A stretch of 64,000 nt of DNA from Octopus vulgaris (Eukaryota): assembly GCA_951406725.2 (NCBI GenBank), contig OX597820.1, positions 55,304,001 to 55,368,000 of the forward strand, in the 5' to 3' direction. Shown piece after piece: positions 11,901 to 23,514 of the stretch (positions within the stretch are counted from its first letter, which is position 1; each line of letters begins with the position of its first letter). The position numbers and the translations under genes were made by a program. The notes beneath the pieces were generated by a model. That model did no database searches. It was not told the DNA's origin and worked only from the letters and a program-made list of their open reading frames with translations.

Positions 11901-13067
11901 ACAGAAGAAAATATCAGAAGACTATAATAGAGAAAAAGAAATATTTTTGTCTAGTTAAGAAATTTGATCTTTGTTTAAATTATGGTATATTTATTATTTG
12001 TACATGACCATTAATACTCTTACAGTATTTGAGAACTGCGAAGTTCAGATAATGGTCAGCTCTCACTAGCTCTAATTCTGTTCTCTTACAACATCATTCT
12101 ATCTCTCTCCGCAATTACTACTAAACAATGAAGAGAATCCAAACACAAACTTTACTTCGCATGCTTTTGGATTTATCATAACCTGCCCGTCAAGGCAAGG
12201 TGTCGTAACGTAACGGTAAATAAATACTTTAAAACTTCATGCATTGTCCATCTTTCACATCTTACAACTTGCCGTCATAACAACAAATTCATATCATTAC
12301 AACTGCTGACTCCGACAAATCATATTATTGTTTACTAATCAATTTCTACCATTACACATACTATATTTATTACTGGCATCAGAAAAATCTTCACTTTTGC
12401 TGTAGTAGGGCAGAGCCATTCTAGACAGACAGATGAACAAAACCAAGTAGAAGGATGGTGGCAATGGAATTAATGAAGGCGTCTGTGGTGATGCTCTTGG
12501 GGATTATGGTAATAACATCACAAAGGTGATTTTATTGTTATTTAGTGCCAGGGTAGCTCTGATAAAACAGACAACTCACTCCAGCCATGACCGTTTCAGC
12601 TTATCTTCAAATTATATAACCAGGATTACTTTATCCAAGATGTCCTTCTATTTCCTAAGATGATAAGGTGAGGGCTCGAGACGAATTTGACTGCTATTTT
12701 TAGCATGACGATAGACTACATAGCAGTGATAATAGTGGTGGTGATAGTGATGATGACAAGAAACTTTTTCCGTGTGGTTTGAGCGGAGGCTAGAAGAATC
12801 ATCAGCTCTTGCCTTCTAGTAGAAAACTAATAAAGGGGAGGTGTATGCCTTGTAGCTATCGTTCGTATAGCAAAAAAAAAAACCCCCAAACAACTTGCTT
12901 TATTAGATGTATCGCATGTAAACTTAATGCAACGAAATATAAATATTACAAGTTCTGCCTGATATAGCTGCTCTGTATTGATTAGTTAAGTGATTTTTAA
13001 AGCATAATAAATGAATAAAAGCTGAAAAAAGAAATCTACTGAAAAGTGCAAAAAACATCTCTTTTAC

Positions 13068-13074
13068 CTTCCAT
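13068..13074 (-). CDS. AKAP14: AKAP14-like first coding segment (ATG GAA G)
   Basis: Minus strand acaaagATGGAAG|GTAAAA; strong start context; phase 1 completes the GTG codon with the next exon (G|TG TCT ACA). Confidence 0.7.
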
Positions 13075-13084
13075 CTTTGTTTTT

Positions 13085-13098
13085 GTTTCTATGGTAAC
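13085..13098. promoter_or_regulatory. RFX X-box GTTTCTATGGTAAC
   Basis: Close match to GTTNCCATGGNAAC; 11-24 bp upstream of the ATG of a ciliary gene homolog. Confidence 0.7.
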
Positions 13099-13174
13099 AG
13101 TATTTGTTAGCCACTAATAGAAATCCGTTATATTAAGGCAGTCGGCTTATAAAGTTGACTTTCTTAACTGTAAA

Positions 13175-13217
13175 CTGATTGGTTGGATATAATTTGTAAG
13201 CATGCGTCATATAAATA
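13175..13217. promoter_or_regulatory. NF-Y CCAAT box (CTGATTGGTT 13175-13184), CRE-like TGCGTCA and TATA-like TATAAATA (13210-13217) in the bidirectional promoter
   Basis: Motifs read directly from the 149-bp inter-ATG interval; function inferred. Confidence 0.5.
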
Positions 13218-13223
13218 ACAATA

Positions 13224-13316
13224 ATGGCGGGTGAACTTGAAGGTTGTGTAGAAGAAACATCATGCGGAATGAATCTACGACAGCTTCGTGAACGTGTCCG
13301 CCAATATATAGACAAT
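13224..13316 (+). CDS. CDC16: CDC16 exon 1 (MAGELEGCVEETSCGMNLRQLRERVRQYIDN); alternative start at 13269
   Basis: ATG 13224 preceded by in-frame TAA 13212-13214; donor AAT|GTAAGC; second ATG at 13269 matches the vertebrate N-terminus. Confidence 0.9.
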
Positions 13317-14968
13317 GTAAGCACGATTTATTCACTCATTGCCCAGTCACCTGTGTTTCCCGCTACTGCTTGACAATGCCCTAAATCGGAATCCCCCAAT
13401 TAATTTTAGTGTCCTGAGGAATTTCATCCGGAACACTCGTTTCATTCATGTTATTTGTTCCTTTATCAGAAGTAGTATTTGATGTGTTTTCATTTTTTTT
13501 TTTCCCTGGGAGATTACGATAAAGTAGTAAAATGTGGTTTGTTTTCCAATGTATCCTTTTCCTAAACTCATCGGCACTTGTTACTTCCTCTGATACAGTG
13601 ACGGAATTTTGGCAACTTCTGTCTGTCTTCTACGAGCGAGGAAGCAGAATTAATGAAAACACAACATATGCTAATTATTTAGATCGTTGATATATCACAT
13701 TTGCAATGTATTCATTATATTCTGTTAGAATTTTATTAATTAGAACCAAATGAAAGTTCTGCGGCAATTAACTGAATTCCTTTATTAGTAATGTAACAAG
13801 TACTAATCCCTACTTTTGTTGACGTGACATTGCTACAACCATCATAGGCTCAAGACCTCATATTTTGGGGATCTGTACAGTCGATTATATGGAATTCAGA
13901 ACTGCTGTGCTACTTATTTGGTGAATTTTTAACTATTACACATGTCTCACTTTGAAAGTGTGGTTAACATAACGAACGTGTAATTTTTCCAATGATTTTG
14001 GCGGTTAAAGCAATTCAAACACAACAAAATCTACATGAAAAAACACATCTCACCCATCAGATGGCTGAAAAGAAAAATCACCCTCGGTCAGATTCAAAAT
14101 TTAAGCGTAATGGGGCGCAACTAAGTACTATTTCTGTTATTGGCAGAATCGTTAGCACGCCGGACAAAATGTTCAGCGGCATTTCGTCTGTCAGAGTTCA
14201 GTTTCCGCCGAGGTGAACTTTGCTTTTCATCTTTTGGGTTCGATAAAATTAGTACTAATTGAGTACCGTGGTCGAATGGTCCCCCGCCTCCCACTAAAAT
14301 TTCAGGCCTTTTGCCTATAGTAGAAAAGAATAATATTATTAATGCTGAGAGTATCATAATTCTAATTAATTTCAGTGATTTGTTTTTTAGGTAGTGGTAT
14401 CAAACACCTCTGCTAAATAATTATTTGTATTATTGAAATACATTGCAAAATCAGTAGCGCAGGTAGCAAAATACCTTGTATTATATAGTTATGTCCCTTC
14501 GTTCTGATTTCAAATTTCACCAATATTTCTTAGATAACTGAAAGATGTACCTTTTATGTACTGGTGATTATTTGATCAACTATACATTCCTTCCAAATTT
14601 ACCGACATTATTAACACTGGTCAGTAAAATAAAATACCAGTCAAGTACTGAAGTAGATGTTATCAACTACCTCTTCTCAAAGTTGCTGATCTTGCACCTA
14701 AGTCAGAAACATACTTTGCAGTATTTCGCCCGTCACTATGTTCTGAGTTCGAATTCCGCCGACGACGACTTTACCTTTCATCCTTTCGTGGTCGATAAAA
14801 GACTGGGGTTGATGTAATCGACTAGCCCCCTGCCCCAAAATTTCAGGTCTTGTGCCTATAGTAGAAAGGATTATTATTATTATTGTTATTAATAGCTATA
14901 ATGACTTTACCGTGATTGTGGAAATACAAAAAATCGTTATTACTCTAATGTTATTTTGTTTTTTTCAG

Positions 14969-15023
14969 CACCAGTATGAGTCTGCAGTCTTCTGGGCAGA
15001 TAAAGCAGTTTCTTTGTCAAATG
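14969..15023 (+). CDS. CDC16: CDC16 exon 2 (HQYESAVFWADKAVSLSNG)
   Basis: tttttcag acceptor, G|GTAAGT donor, 55 nt. Confidence 0.95.
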
Positions 15024-15581
15024 GTAAGTTAGCACCCAGCTTATTGCTTTTGCAGTTTACTAGAAATTCATTCACACTTAATTGAATCTATAAGAATGTA
15101 GCTGTTTGCCGACTGAATGTGCAGAACTCTGATGGATTTTCTGGCCAAGTCTGTAGAAGTCTGGTAGCTTGCTGACTAAGCCAAGATGATTTCTTTTATT
15201 CTTTCCCTTGTTTCAGTCATCTGACTGCAACCATGCTGGAACACCACCTTTAGTCGAACAAATCTACCCCTGGACTTATTCTTTGTAAGCCTAGTACTTA
15301 TTCTATCAGGCTCTTTTAACCAAACCACTAAGTGATGGGGATGTGAACACCAACATCGGTTGTCAAGTGATAGTGGGGAGACATACGCAAATAACATATA
15401 TATATATATATATATGATGGGCTTCTTTCAGTTTCCATCTACCAAATCCACTCACAAGGCTTCGGTTGGCCTGAGGCTAAAGTAGAAGACACTTGCCCAA
15501 GGTGCTACACAGTGGGACTGAACTCGGAACCATGTGGTTGGAAAGCAAGCTTCTTACCACACAGCCACTCATGCTCCTAAA

Positions 15582-16424
15582 TGTCGGGTCTTCGCAGTCA
15601 CAGCATATCTCCAGAGGTCTCGGTCTTCCATCATCAGGCCTCATAGAGGCAATGACGGAAGACTGAGACCTCTGGAGATATGCTGTGACTGCGAAGACCT
15701 GACAAATAATGTGAGTTCATGGCTGTCTCTTGCACCAGCTTCACATAGAAGCCCCATCCCTTCCAAAGTGCCTTGGATCGCAGGATGGCCTGCTGTACTT
15801 ACCTTGGATTGAGGAGACCTGTTGAGTCAAATACATCAACATCAAAAGATCAAATGGAAATTGTAGTTGTGATACCTGTGCCGGTGGCATGTAAAATGCA
15901 CCATCCGTACTTGGCCAATGCCAGCGCTGCCTTGACTGGCTTCCGTGCCGGTGGCATGTAAAAAGCACCAACCAATCGTAGCTGTTGCCAGCCTACCCTG
16001 GCATGTAAAAAGCACCATCCGTACATAGCCGATGTCAGCGCGCGTTGGCTGGCTTCCCTGCCAGTAGCACGTAAAAAGCACCAACCGATCGTGACCATTG
16101 CCAGCCTCCCCTGACACCTGTGCCGGTGGCACATAAAAAGCACCATCCATACGTGGTCGATGTCAGCACCACCTTGAATGGCTTCCATGCTGGTAGCACG
16201 TAAAAAGCACCAACCAATTGTGGCCGTTGCCAGCCTCCCCTGGCACGTAAGGAGCACCCACTACACTCACGGAATGGTTGGCATTAGGAAGGGCATCCAG
16301 CTGTAGAAACACTGCCAGATCAAACTTGAGCCTGGTGCAGCCTCCTGGCTTCCCAGACCCCGATTGAACCGTCCAACCCATGCTAGCATGGAAAACGGAC
16401 ATTAAACAATGATGATGATGATGA
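15582..16424 (+). mobile_element. 5'-truncated RTE-type LINE 3' UTR with fold-back 5' end, internal tandem repeats and (GAT)n tail
   Basis: Shares sequence with the ORF-bearing RTE copies at 55262-56318 and 62590-63290. Confidence 0.75.
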
Positions 16425-16909
16425 TTTTCATCAGAAATGTTTTGCATCCATAATAAACCCTTATCAGTCAATAGCTCTAATCCATGGTGATGTTTAAAAA
16501 TAAGTTGGCTGCTATTTCAAATGACTGTGTAAAGGCTTGTACATTGACTCTTCTGTAGTTTTTTTGTATGTTAGTGATTTAAATTTTTGTCAATTTTTGT
16601 TTCATCATCATCATCATTGTTTAACATCCGCTATCCATGCTAGCATGGGTTGAACGATTTGACTGAGGACTAGCAAACCAGATGGCTGCACCAGGCTCCA
16701 ATCTGATCTGGCAGAGTTTCTACAGCTGGGTGCCCTTCCTAACGCCAACCACTCCAAGAGTGTAGTAGGTTCTTTTACATGCCACCGGCACGAGGGCCAG
16801 TCAGACAGTACTGGCAACGGCCATGCTCAAGTGGTGTTTTTTACGTGCCACCTGCACAGGAGCCAGTATATTTTTATTTATGTATTTTTATTTTGTATTC
16901 TTTGCTCAG

Positions 16910-17007
16910 GTGTTGTTGAAGACATTTACTGGTATGCACAAGCCCTCTACCTCACAGGACAGTATCATCGAGCGTCTCATCTTCTTCGCAGTAGAAAACT
17001 CGACAAG
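16910..17007 (+). CDS. CDC16: CDC16 exon 3 (VVEDIYWYAQALYLTGQYHRASHLLRSRKLDK)
   Basis: ctcag acceptor, AAG|GTAAGT donor, 98 nt. Confidence 0.95.
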
Positions 17008-17917
17008 GTAAGTCCAGCGGGTTTCTTATGCTTTCCACGTTGTTTGATTATTATTTTGCTGGTGCCATGCAAAAAAGCTTTCATGGTGGTGCCATGTAAA
17101 AAGCATCCATGTTAGTGTCATGTTAAAAAGCCCCTGTACTTGTACAAAAAAAAAGAAAGCACCCAGTATGCTCTGTGAAGTGGTTGGCATAAGGAAGGGC
17201 ATCCAGCCATAGACACCTTGCTAAAGCAGACAATTTGAGCCTAGTGCAGCTCTCCAGCTTGCCAGCTCCTGTCAAATTGCTGAACCCATGCCAGCATGGA
17301 GCATGCACATTAAATCATGGTGATGATGATGATGATGATAAATAAGTGGTCCTCACAATGGAAAATATCATACAATCACTAGAAGTAAATGCTAACTAAT
17401 GAAAGTCTCTCAGCTACAAAATGGTCAGAGGTGACTGGGAGTACTTTATCACTCTGAAGTATAGCTCATTATATTTCATTGATCTATTGGTGTGAGAAAT
17501 TTATGAATAGATCAAATTTCACTGTCCCATATGTTCTGGTTTGTGGCCTGTGTAATCCTATGTGAGCTCTTTACATAACCCAAATATCATACATATCTGT
17601 AATAAACACACATACATCTTGGTGGACATGATATTCTAGAACCACACTGAAAAAGTTGTAGGAGTGGAGTACATGACAAAGATAATACTAATAATAGGAG
17701 TAGGGGGTGGTAGTTGCTGTAGGAATGGTGGTGGTATTCATAGGAGTGATCTTAGTGGTAGAGGTGGTAATAGTTGTAGTAAGAGTTACTACCAAGTCTA
17801 TTTGCAATGGCTCAGCTTCCTTTCACCATGGAGTAATGCAGTCATAGTTATCCCACCTTTGATGTGAGTTTACTGTTGTAGAAATTTAGATTTGCGAGCC
17901 ACTTGATGACCCCCTGG

Positions 17918-18150
17918 GTGCTAGTACCATGTAAAAAGTACCTGCACCAGCACCAAATAAAGAGTACCTGTGCTGGCACCGCATAAAAAGTACCTGTGCT
18001 GGTACCACGTAAAGAGGGTACTTGTGTCAGCTCCACATAAAAAATACCTGTACCAGCAGCCTGTAAAAATCACCTATGCTGGTGCCATGGATTAAAGCAC
18101 CTGTACCAACACCATGTGAAAAGGCACCTGTACCAGTGCCACATTAAATG
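17918..18150 (+). repeat. About 26-bp minisatellite (GTGCTGGTGCCACGTAAAAAGCACCT-like, about 9 copies)
   Basis: Visible periodic gtaaaaagtacctgtgctgg; same motif as in the RTE 3' UTR; reverse-strand array at about 30915-31145. Confidence 0.75.
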
Positions 18151-18293
18151 ATGCTGATGATGACTGAGTGCTATCTATTGACAGTGAATGGTATGTATGG
18201 CAGAGAAAAATATAAGATGTAGTGGTATGATGTCTGAGGAGGACATAGGATTTAGTGGTGGAAGATCTGGGAATGCTGGAGCTTATTGATAAG

Positions 18294-18703
18294 GGATCTT
18301 TTCGGTTTGAACAGCAGTTTTTAACATAATTTCTAGGTAACTAAAAAATTTTAAACTTCGTATACTGGTAGAATGTGTTTATAAAACATCTTTTTCTCTT
18401 GGCTTTATTGAGAAAATTCTATAGTTTGTAAGATATTTGTTGGTTTTTTTCTTCAATTTCTGCAATTTCAATCAATCACTGACGTCCATTGAGGTAAAAA
18501 GCATTCTGTGCCATATGAATATGTCCCTTGTTTAAGAAACAGATTGGGTTTATTTACATTTGTGAAGAAAAAAAGATACCTTTCCCCCACCCCCAACCCT
18601 AACACTGATTGAAATGCAATAGATCGATACTAGGGTCATAATTATGGGTGACAATTTCATATGACACCGCTAGAAAAAACTGCCGTTCAAACCGAAAAGA
18701 TCC
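18294..18703. mobile_element. Non-autonomous DNA transposon, GGATC...GATCC TIRs, 8-bp TSD (Merlin- or Zisupton-like; superfamily uncertain)
   Basis: TIR GGATCTTTTCGGTTTGAAC / GTTCAAACCGAAAAGATCC; perfect TSD TTGATAAG at 18286-18293 and 18704-18711. Confidence 0.85.
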
Positions 18704-18887
18704 TTGATAAGATTAGTAGAAGTTACTCCTGACAGGAATACCCACCAAGAAGTAGAGAGGTCAGTTATTAATGTGTTGGGCTTTGTAGATGAGCAGGCAC
18801 ATGATTAAAAAGCATGGCAATATACTGTTCTGCAGATTACTCAACCTCCCTTGTGTTTGTGTCACAAGAAAAAGCACTTTGCTATTA

Positions 18888-19675
18888 TCTCTCTATATAT
18901 AAACGGCAGTTTGTCTGTCTGTGTGTCTGTCAGGTTGTACCCTCACCCTGACCACGGCTTTCAACCGATTCTGATGAAACTTGACACACACGTAGCCCAA
19001 TGTCATAATTCAAAACTAACGCAGCAAAAATTTTGAAAAGTTCCCCCAGTTCTGAAAAAAAATTGATAAATTTGACATGGGTCGAGAATCTAAGCTTTTT
19101 ATATGCAACACATTTTCTACAGACTGTCTAGGGGACGCAACTCGACCTTTTTAACTCTCGGAACACGTGGGGTAAGTATCCCAAAATGTATAAAAATGTA
19201 CAAAACGGCAAAAAAGCGGGCAGCAATGTGAGTGGCAACAACGAAAAAGTCAAAAGTGAACAAACGAATGGAAAAGGTTTTTTGATGCACACAACAAAAG
19301 CGGTTTATAATAAACCAAGAGTTTGCAAGTAGCGTCCGAGGACCCTTAGGGTACGTCAAAAATTTAAGGTAAAACGTTTGGGGTGGTAGTTATAAAGAAA
19401 GTGTAAACAAAAAAGTATTCGAATAACTTGCGGCTGCAGCAGCTATTAGCAGAAGTGGCGGTGTTGGGGGTAAAGTCTCGAATGTAATTTCTTCCTGGTA
19501 GGAATTGGTTGGGTTGAATTATCGATAGCTGTTTGATAGTTATTTGGGAGTGAAGAGAAGACATTGCAACCTACACATGCGCCTTCATTCCCTAGAGGGA
19601 AAGGACTAGATTAGGATTAGTCGTTGCCTACTAGGGGCTCTTACATACCCGGGCAACGCCGGGCTATGCTGCTAG
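18888..19675 (+). mobile_element. Non-autonomous Helitron
   Basis: A|TCTCTCTATATATAAA 5' end, 3' hairpin CCCGGGCAACGCCGGG then CTAG|T, no TSD. Confidence 0.85.
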
Positions 19676-19952
19676 TGTTAAATAAGTTGAACATCTGCAT
19701 TGAGGAGTTGAGCCACTGAGAAAAAGCATCTATATTGTCATAAGGCTTGCTAGAAATAGCAGCCAAATCTCTCAAATCACACCTGTTTTCAAAAAGGGAG
19801 ACATTGGATAATGTAGTCTTAGATAAACTATGGTTTAAAACAGAAGATAAGTTACTTAAATCCAAAACGTCTGTAATGATAGATCTGTGTTATTTATCTG
19901 TAGTGGCTAAACAACAACATGGGATCTCCTTAGCTAGCACTTGTGATGGTAG

Positions 19953-20755
19953 TCATCATCATCATCATCATCGTTTAACGTCAGCTTTCCATGCTAGCAA
20001 GGGTTGGACGATTTGATTGAGGACTGGCAAACCAGATGGCTGCACCAGGCTCCAATCTTGATCTGGCAGAGTTTCTACAGCTGGATGCCCTTCCTAACGC
20101 CAACCACTCCGAGAGTGTAGTGGATGCTTTTACATGCCACCAACATGGGGGCCAGTCCAGCGGCACTGGCAGCGACCTTGCTCAAATGTTTTTTCACGTG
20201 TTACCAGCACAAGTGCCAGTAAGGTAACGCTGGTAACAATCACGCTCGAATGGTGCCTTTTATGTGCCGCCAGCACAGAAGCCAGTTACCTGCCCTGGCA
20301 ACGATCACGCTCGGATGGTGCTCTTAGCGCCCCACTAGCACGGATGTGGAGGTACATGGCCTAGTGGACTCGCAGTCGAGGGATCGCGGGTTCGAATCTC
20401 AGACCGGGCGATGTGTGTGTTTATGAGCGAAACACCTAAGCTCCACGCGGCTCTGGCAGAAGTTAATGGCGAACTTCTGCTGACTCTTTTGCCACAACTT
20501 TCTCTCACTCTTTCTTCCTGCATCTTGCAGCTCACCGGCGTCCCGTCCAGGTGGGGAACCTATACGCCATGAAACCGCGAAACCAGCCCTTATGAGCTAG
20601 GCATGGCTCGAGAAGGAACAAACATCAACAAACTAGCATGGATGCCAGTCATCGAATTTGATTTCGATTTCACTTGCCTCAACAGGTCTTCACAAGCAGA
20701 GTTTAGTGTCCAATGAAGGAAAGGTACACATAAGTGGGCTGGTTACACCCCTGGC
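19953..20755 (-). mobile_element. RTE-type LINE 3' fragment with a nested + strand tRNA-derived SINE (about 20347-20631)
   Basis: (CAT)n tail; nested SINE flanked by TSD ACTAGCA(C/T)GGATG; second copy of that SINE at about 40381-40685. Confidence 0.75.
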
Positions 20756-21169
20756 GGTAATTGTGCAATGTAAAATTTGAAGCAATGACATTGATTAGGA
20801 TGTATTTTTACTTGCTATAGTCATTAGACTGTGGCCATGCTAGGGCACTGACTTAAAGAATTTCAGTTGAACGAATTGATCCCAGTACTTATTATTTTTT
20901 GTAAAGCTTGATACTTGTTCTGTTGGTTTCTTCTGCTGAACCACTAAGTTACAGGGATATAAACACACCAACACCAGTTGTCAGTTGGTGGTGAGAGATG
21001 AGCACATACACAAAGACACACACATATAGATATATATATACATACATACAACAGGCTTCTTTCAGTTTCCATCTACCAAATCTACTCACCACACAGCCAC
21101 ACCTGCTGTTAATACATTAAACTTACAAAACTGAGTTTTTAAACTTTTTCTGCTTTATTGCTTTTCCAG

Positions 21170-21208
21170 ACACATGCAGAATGTCGATACCTGGCTGCCA
21201 GATGTCAT
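21170..21208 (+). CDS. CDC16: CDC16 exon 4 (THAECRYLAARCH)
   Basis: ttttccag acceptor, CAT|GTAAGT donor, 39 nt. Confidence 0.95.
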
Positions 21209-21236
21209 GTAAGTATGATTGTCTTTTATTTATTTA

Positions 21237-21599
21237 CTAGCACTATGACTCGGCAACACCGGGTCATAGTGCTAGTGCACGCATATACAGCTGCATGCGT
21301 GCGCACATACACGCGAGCACTGTCCAAATCTCCGACCAATCACATACAGCTAGCTGGCATTCAATTGGCGTATCAAGTTTCGGGCATTTTGATTGGGTTT
21401 TGGATAGAAAATTCACAAAAACTCACTTCTATTGATTTTTTAATGGCTTTGCGGGGTGACTGGGGAAATGTAAAGATGTGCACAACCACCCTTGGACGGT
21501 TTTGAATGACCATAGAAAGTGCGAGCTCTCTAACTGAAAAATTGTGGATTTGTATAAAGGACACACACACAGACATTTTGCCATTTATATATATAGAGA
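21237..21599 (-). mobile_element. Non-autonomous Helitron
   Basis: Minus strand A|TCTCTATATATATAAA 5' end and hairpin + CTAG|T 3' end (actagcactatgac...gtcatagtgctagt). Confidence 0.8.
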
Positions 21600-21842
21600 T
21601 TTTTTGTTAAAATAAACTTTTAACTTCTTTACAATTGAATGTGTGAACCACATACTCCTTCAATAAGAGACATTGAATAATATAGGCTGAAATAAAAAAA
21701 AATAAAATAAGACTAAAATACCTTTGATACATTTACTCAGTCAGGACCGACCTGAGGCTAAACAACAGCGTCTTCATTTATGACAACCTTTGTTAACTTT
21801 ATTTTCAGTCCATTAGGCTTTAATTTTTCTTTAGTTCATCTA

Positions 21843-22703
21843 CAAGGTGGTATCAAAAGGTTCCCAGACTAGTTATGTTTAATAAAAAATAACTTATTTA
21901 CCCAAGTTTTAACATCATCTTCTTTGAAATAGTCACCTTGCACAGCAGTACATTGGTCCCAGTGTTCCTGCCACTTTTGGGGTCTGGTCTGGAAGTCGTT
22001 TTCTGTGAGTCAAGGACCTTTTGCAATTCACTCTGGATCTTGACAACAGTGTTAAAACAGCAACCTTTGAGCTTCGTTTTCAACCTGGGGAAGATATGGA
22101 AGTCTACAGGTGCTAAATCTGAAGAATAGAGCAGGTACAAACTGATACCATGTTGCTTTTAGCAAGAAACTCACGAATGAGGAGAGCTTAGTGACAGGGT
22201 GCATTGTTGTCATGAAGAATTTAATTCTTTGCGCTCCACAGATCTGGTCACTTTCACAAAATGCCTTCCCTCAGATGCTTCAAAATGTTGCAGTAGAACC
22301 CTTGATTGATGGTCTGGCCCTGGGGTACAAATTCTTGATGCACAATACCATATTTCCAATCTTCCAGGGATGTTCTTCCGCTTTTGAAGTGCCTGTGCGA
22401 CTCGAAACATTGTGTACAACCCACTGCCTCATCGCTGTAAGCTTGCCAAATCATGCTCAATGCTTCTGGAGCTTATTCCCAAGTTTAACGCTGGCTCTTT
22501 GTTCTGGCCATAGCAAAATTGCAGACTACAGCATACACCTCATCACAAAAACACAAATTTCACAACTTGCAAAGTAAACAGTGATGTCACTTGGCACACT
22601 GTCTCATGAAGGTCTCTGCTAGCTCTCACTGCACATGCAACCATGTGCTGCCATCTGTTGACACACTACAGAACTAGTCTGGGAACGTTTTGATACCACC
22701 AAA
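21843..22703 (-). mobile_element. Decayed mariner-like transposon
   Basis: TIRs GGTGGTATCAAAA.GTTCCCAGACTAGTT; YSSDLAPVDF and GIVHQEFVPQGQTIN motifs in minus-strand ORFs. Confidence 0.85.
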
Positions 22704-23376
22704 TATGTAAAAATCTTACTGTACATTAATGTGTGAAGGCGCATGGCTCAGTGGTTAGAGCATCAAGCTTACGATCATGAGGTTGTGAGTTTGAATCCCA
22801 GACCAGGCTGTGCGTTGTGCTCTTGAGCAAGCCACTTTATTTCATGTTGCTCCAGTTCAATCAGCTGTAGAAATGAGTTGCGACATCACAGGTGCCAAGC
22901 TGTATCACCCTTTGCCTTTCTCTTGGATTACACTGGTGGCGTGGAGAGGGGAGGCTGATATGCATGGGCGACTGCTGGTCTTCCATAAACAACTTTGCCT
23001 GGACTTGTGCCTGGGAGGGTAACTTTCTAGGTGCAATCCCATGGTCAGTCATGACCGAATCCACCATGAGATTTTAACATTGATAAGGTAAAGAAATTAT
23101 AGGTAAAGAATTAAAGTGATTGAGCCTATGGTCAAAGCTCTTCCAGTTGTGACCTAGTCTTATTTTTTTGTCTTGAATATCTTTTGTCCTGCATTATCTA
23201 ATACATTATTATATTATTCCAGTTTCGAAGATGGTGGGAAGTGGTTTGAGGCAATTTGCTTGCTCTTTGTAACAGGTCATGAAACTGCATAGAAGCTCTC
23301 TTGTTTGGTCTGAGTTGATGTTGTTGGAAAGTAGGAGGTTGGAGAATGTAACATCATGTGTTTTAATTTGTTTCAG

Positions 23377-23514
23377 TATGAATGTAAAGAATGGCAGCTA
23401 GCTTTGAACATCATCAATCTGTCTGACCAAAATTCTAATCAGACGAAAATATTCCTCAATAAGAGTCTGAACCAAAGTACAAATATGTCAGAATTGAGTA
23501 TGTCTACACAAAAC
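23377..23514 (+). CDS. CDC16: CDC16 exon 5 (YECKEWQLALNIINL...MSTQN)
   Basis: tttcag acceptor, AAC|GTGAGT donor, 138 nt, phase 0/0. Confidence 0.9.

Noticed and set aside
13551-13560. GTATCCTTT U12-type donor consensus in CDC16 intron 1
   Set aside because: No matching exon or U12 branch point; a single 9-mer is unremarkable in 64 kb of AT-rich DNA
15878-16262. CRISPR-like array of about 24-bp hairpin repeats with spacers
   Set aside because: Spacers alternate between two related sequences, the array is part of a LINE 3' UTR, the host is eukaryotic, and there are no cas genes
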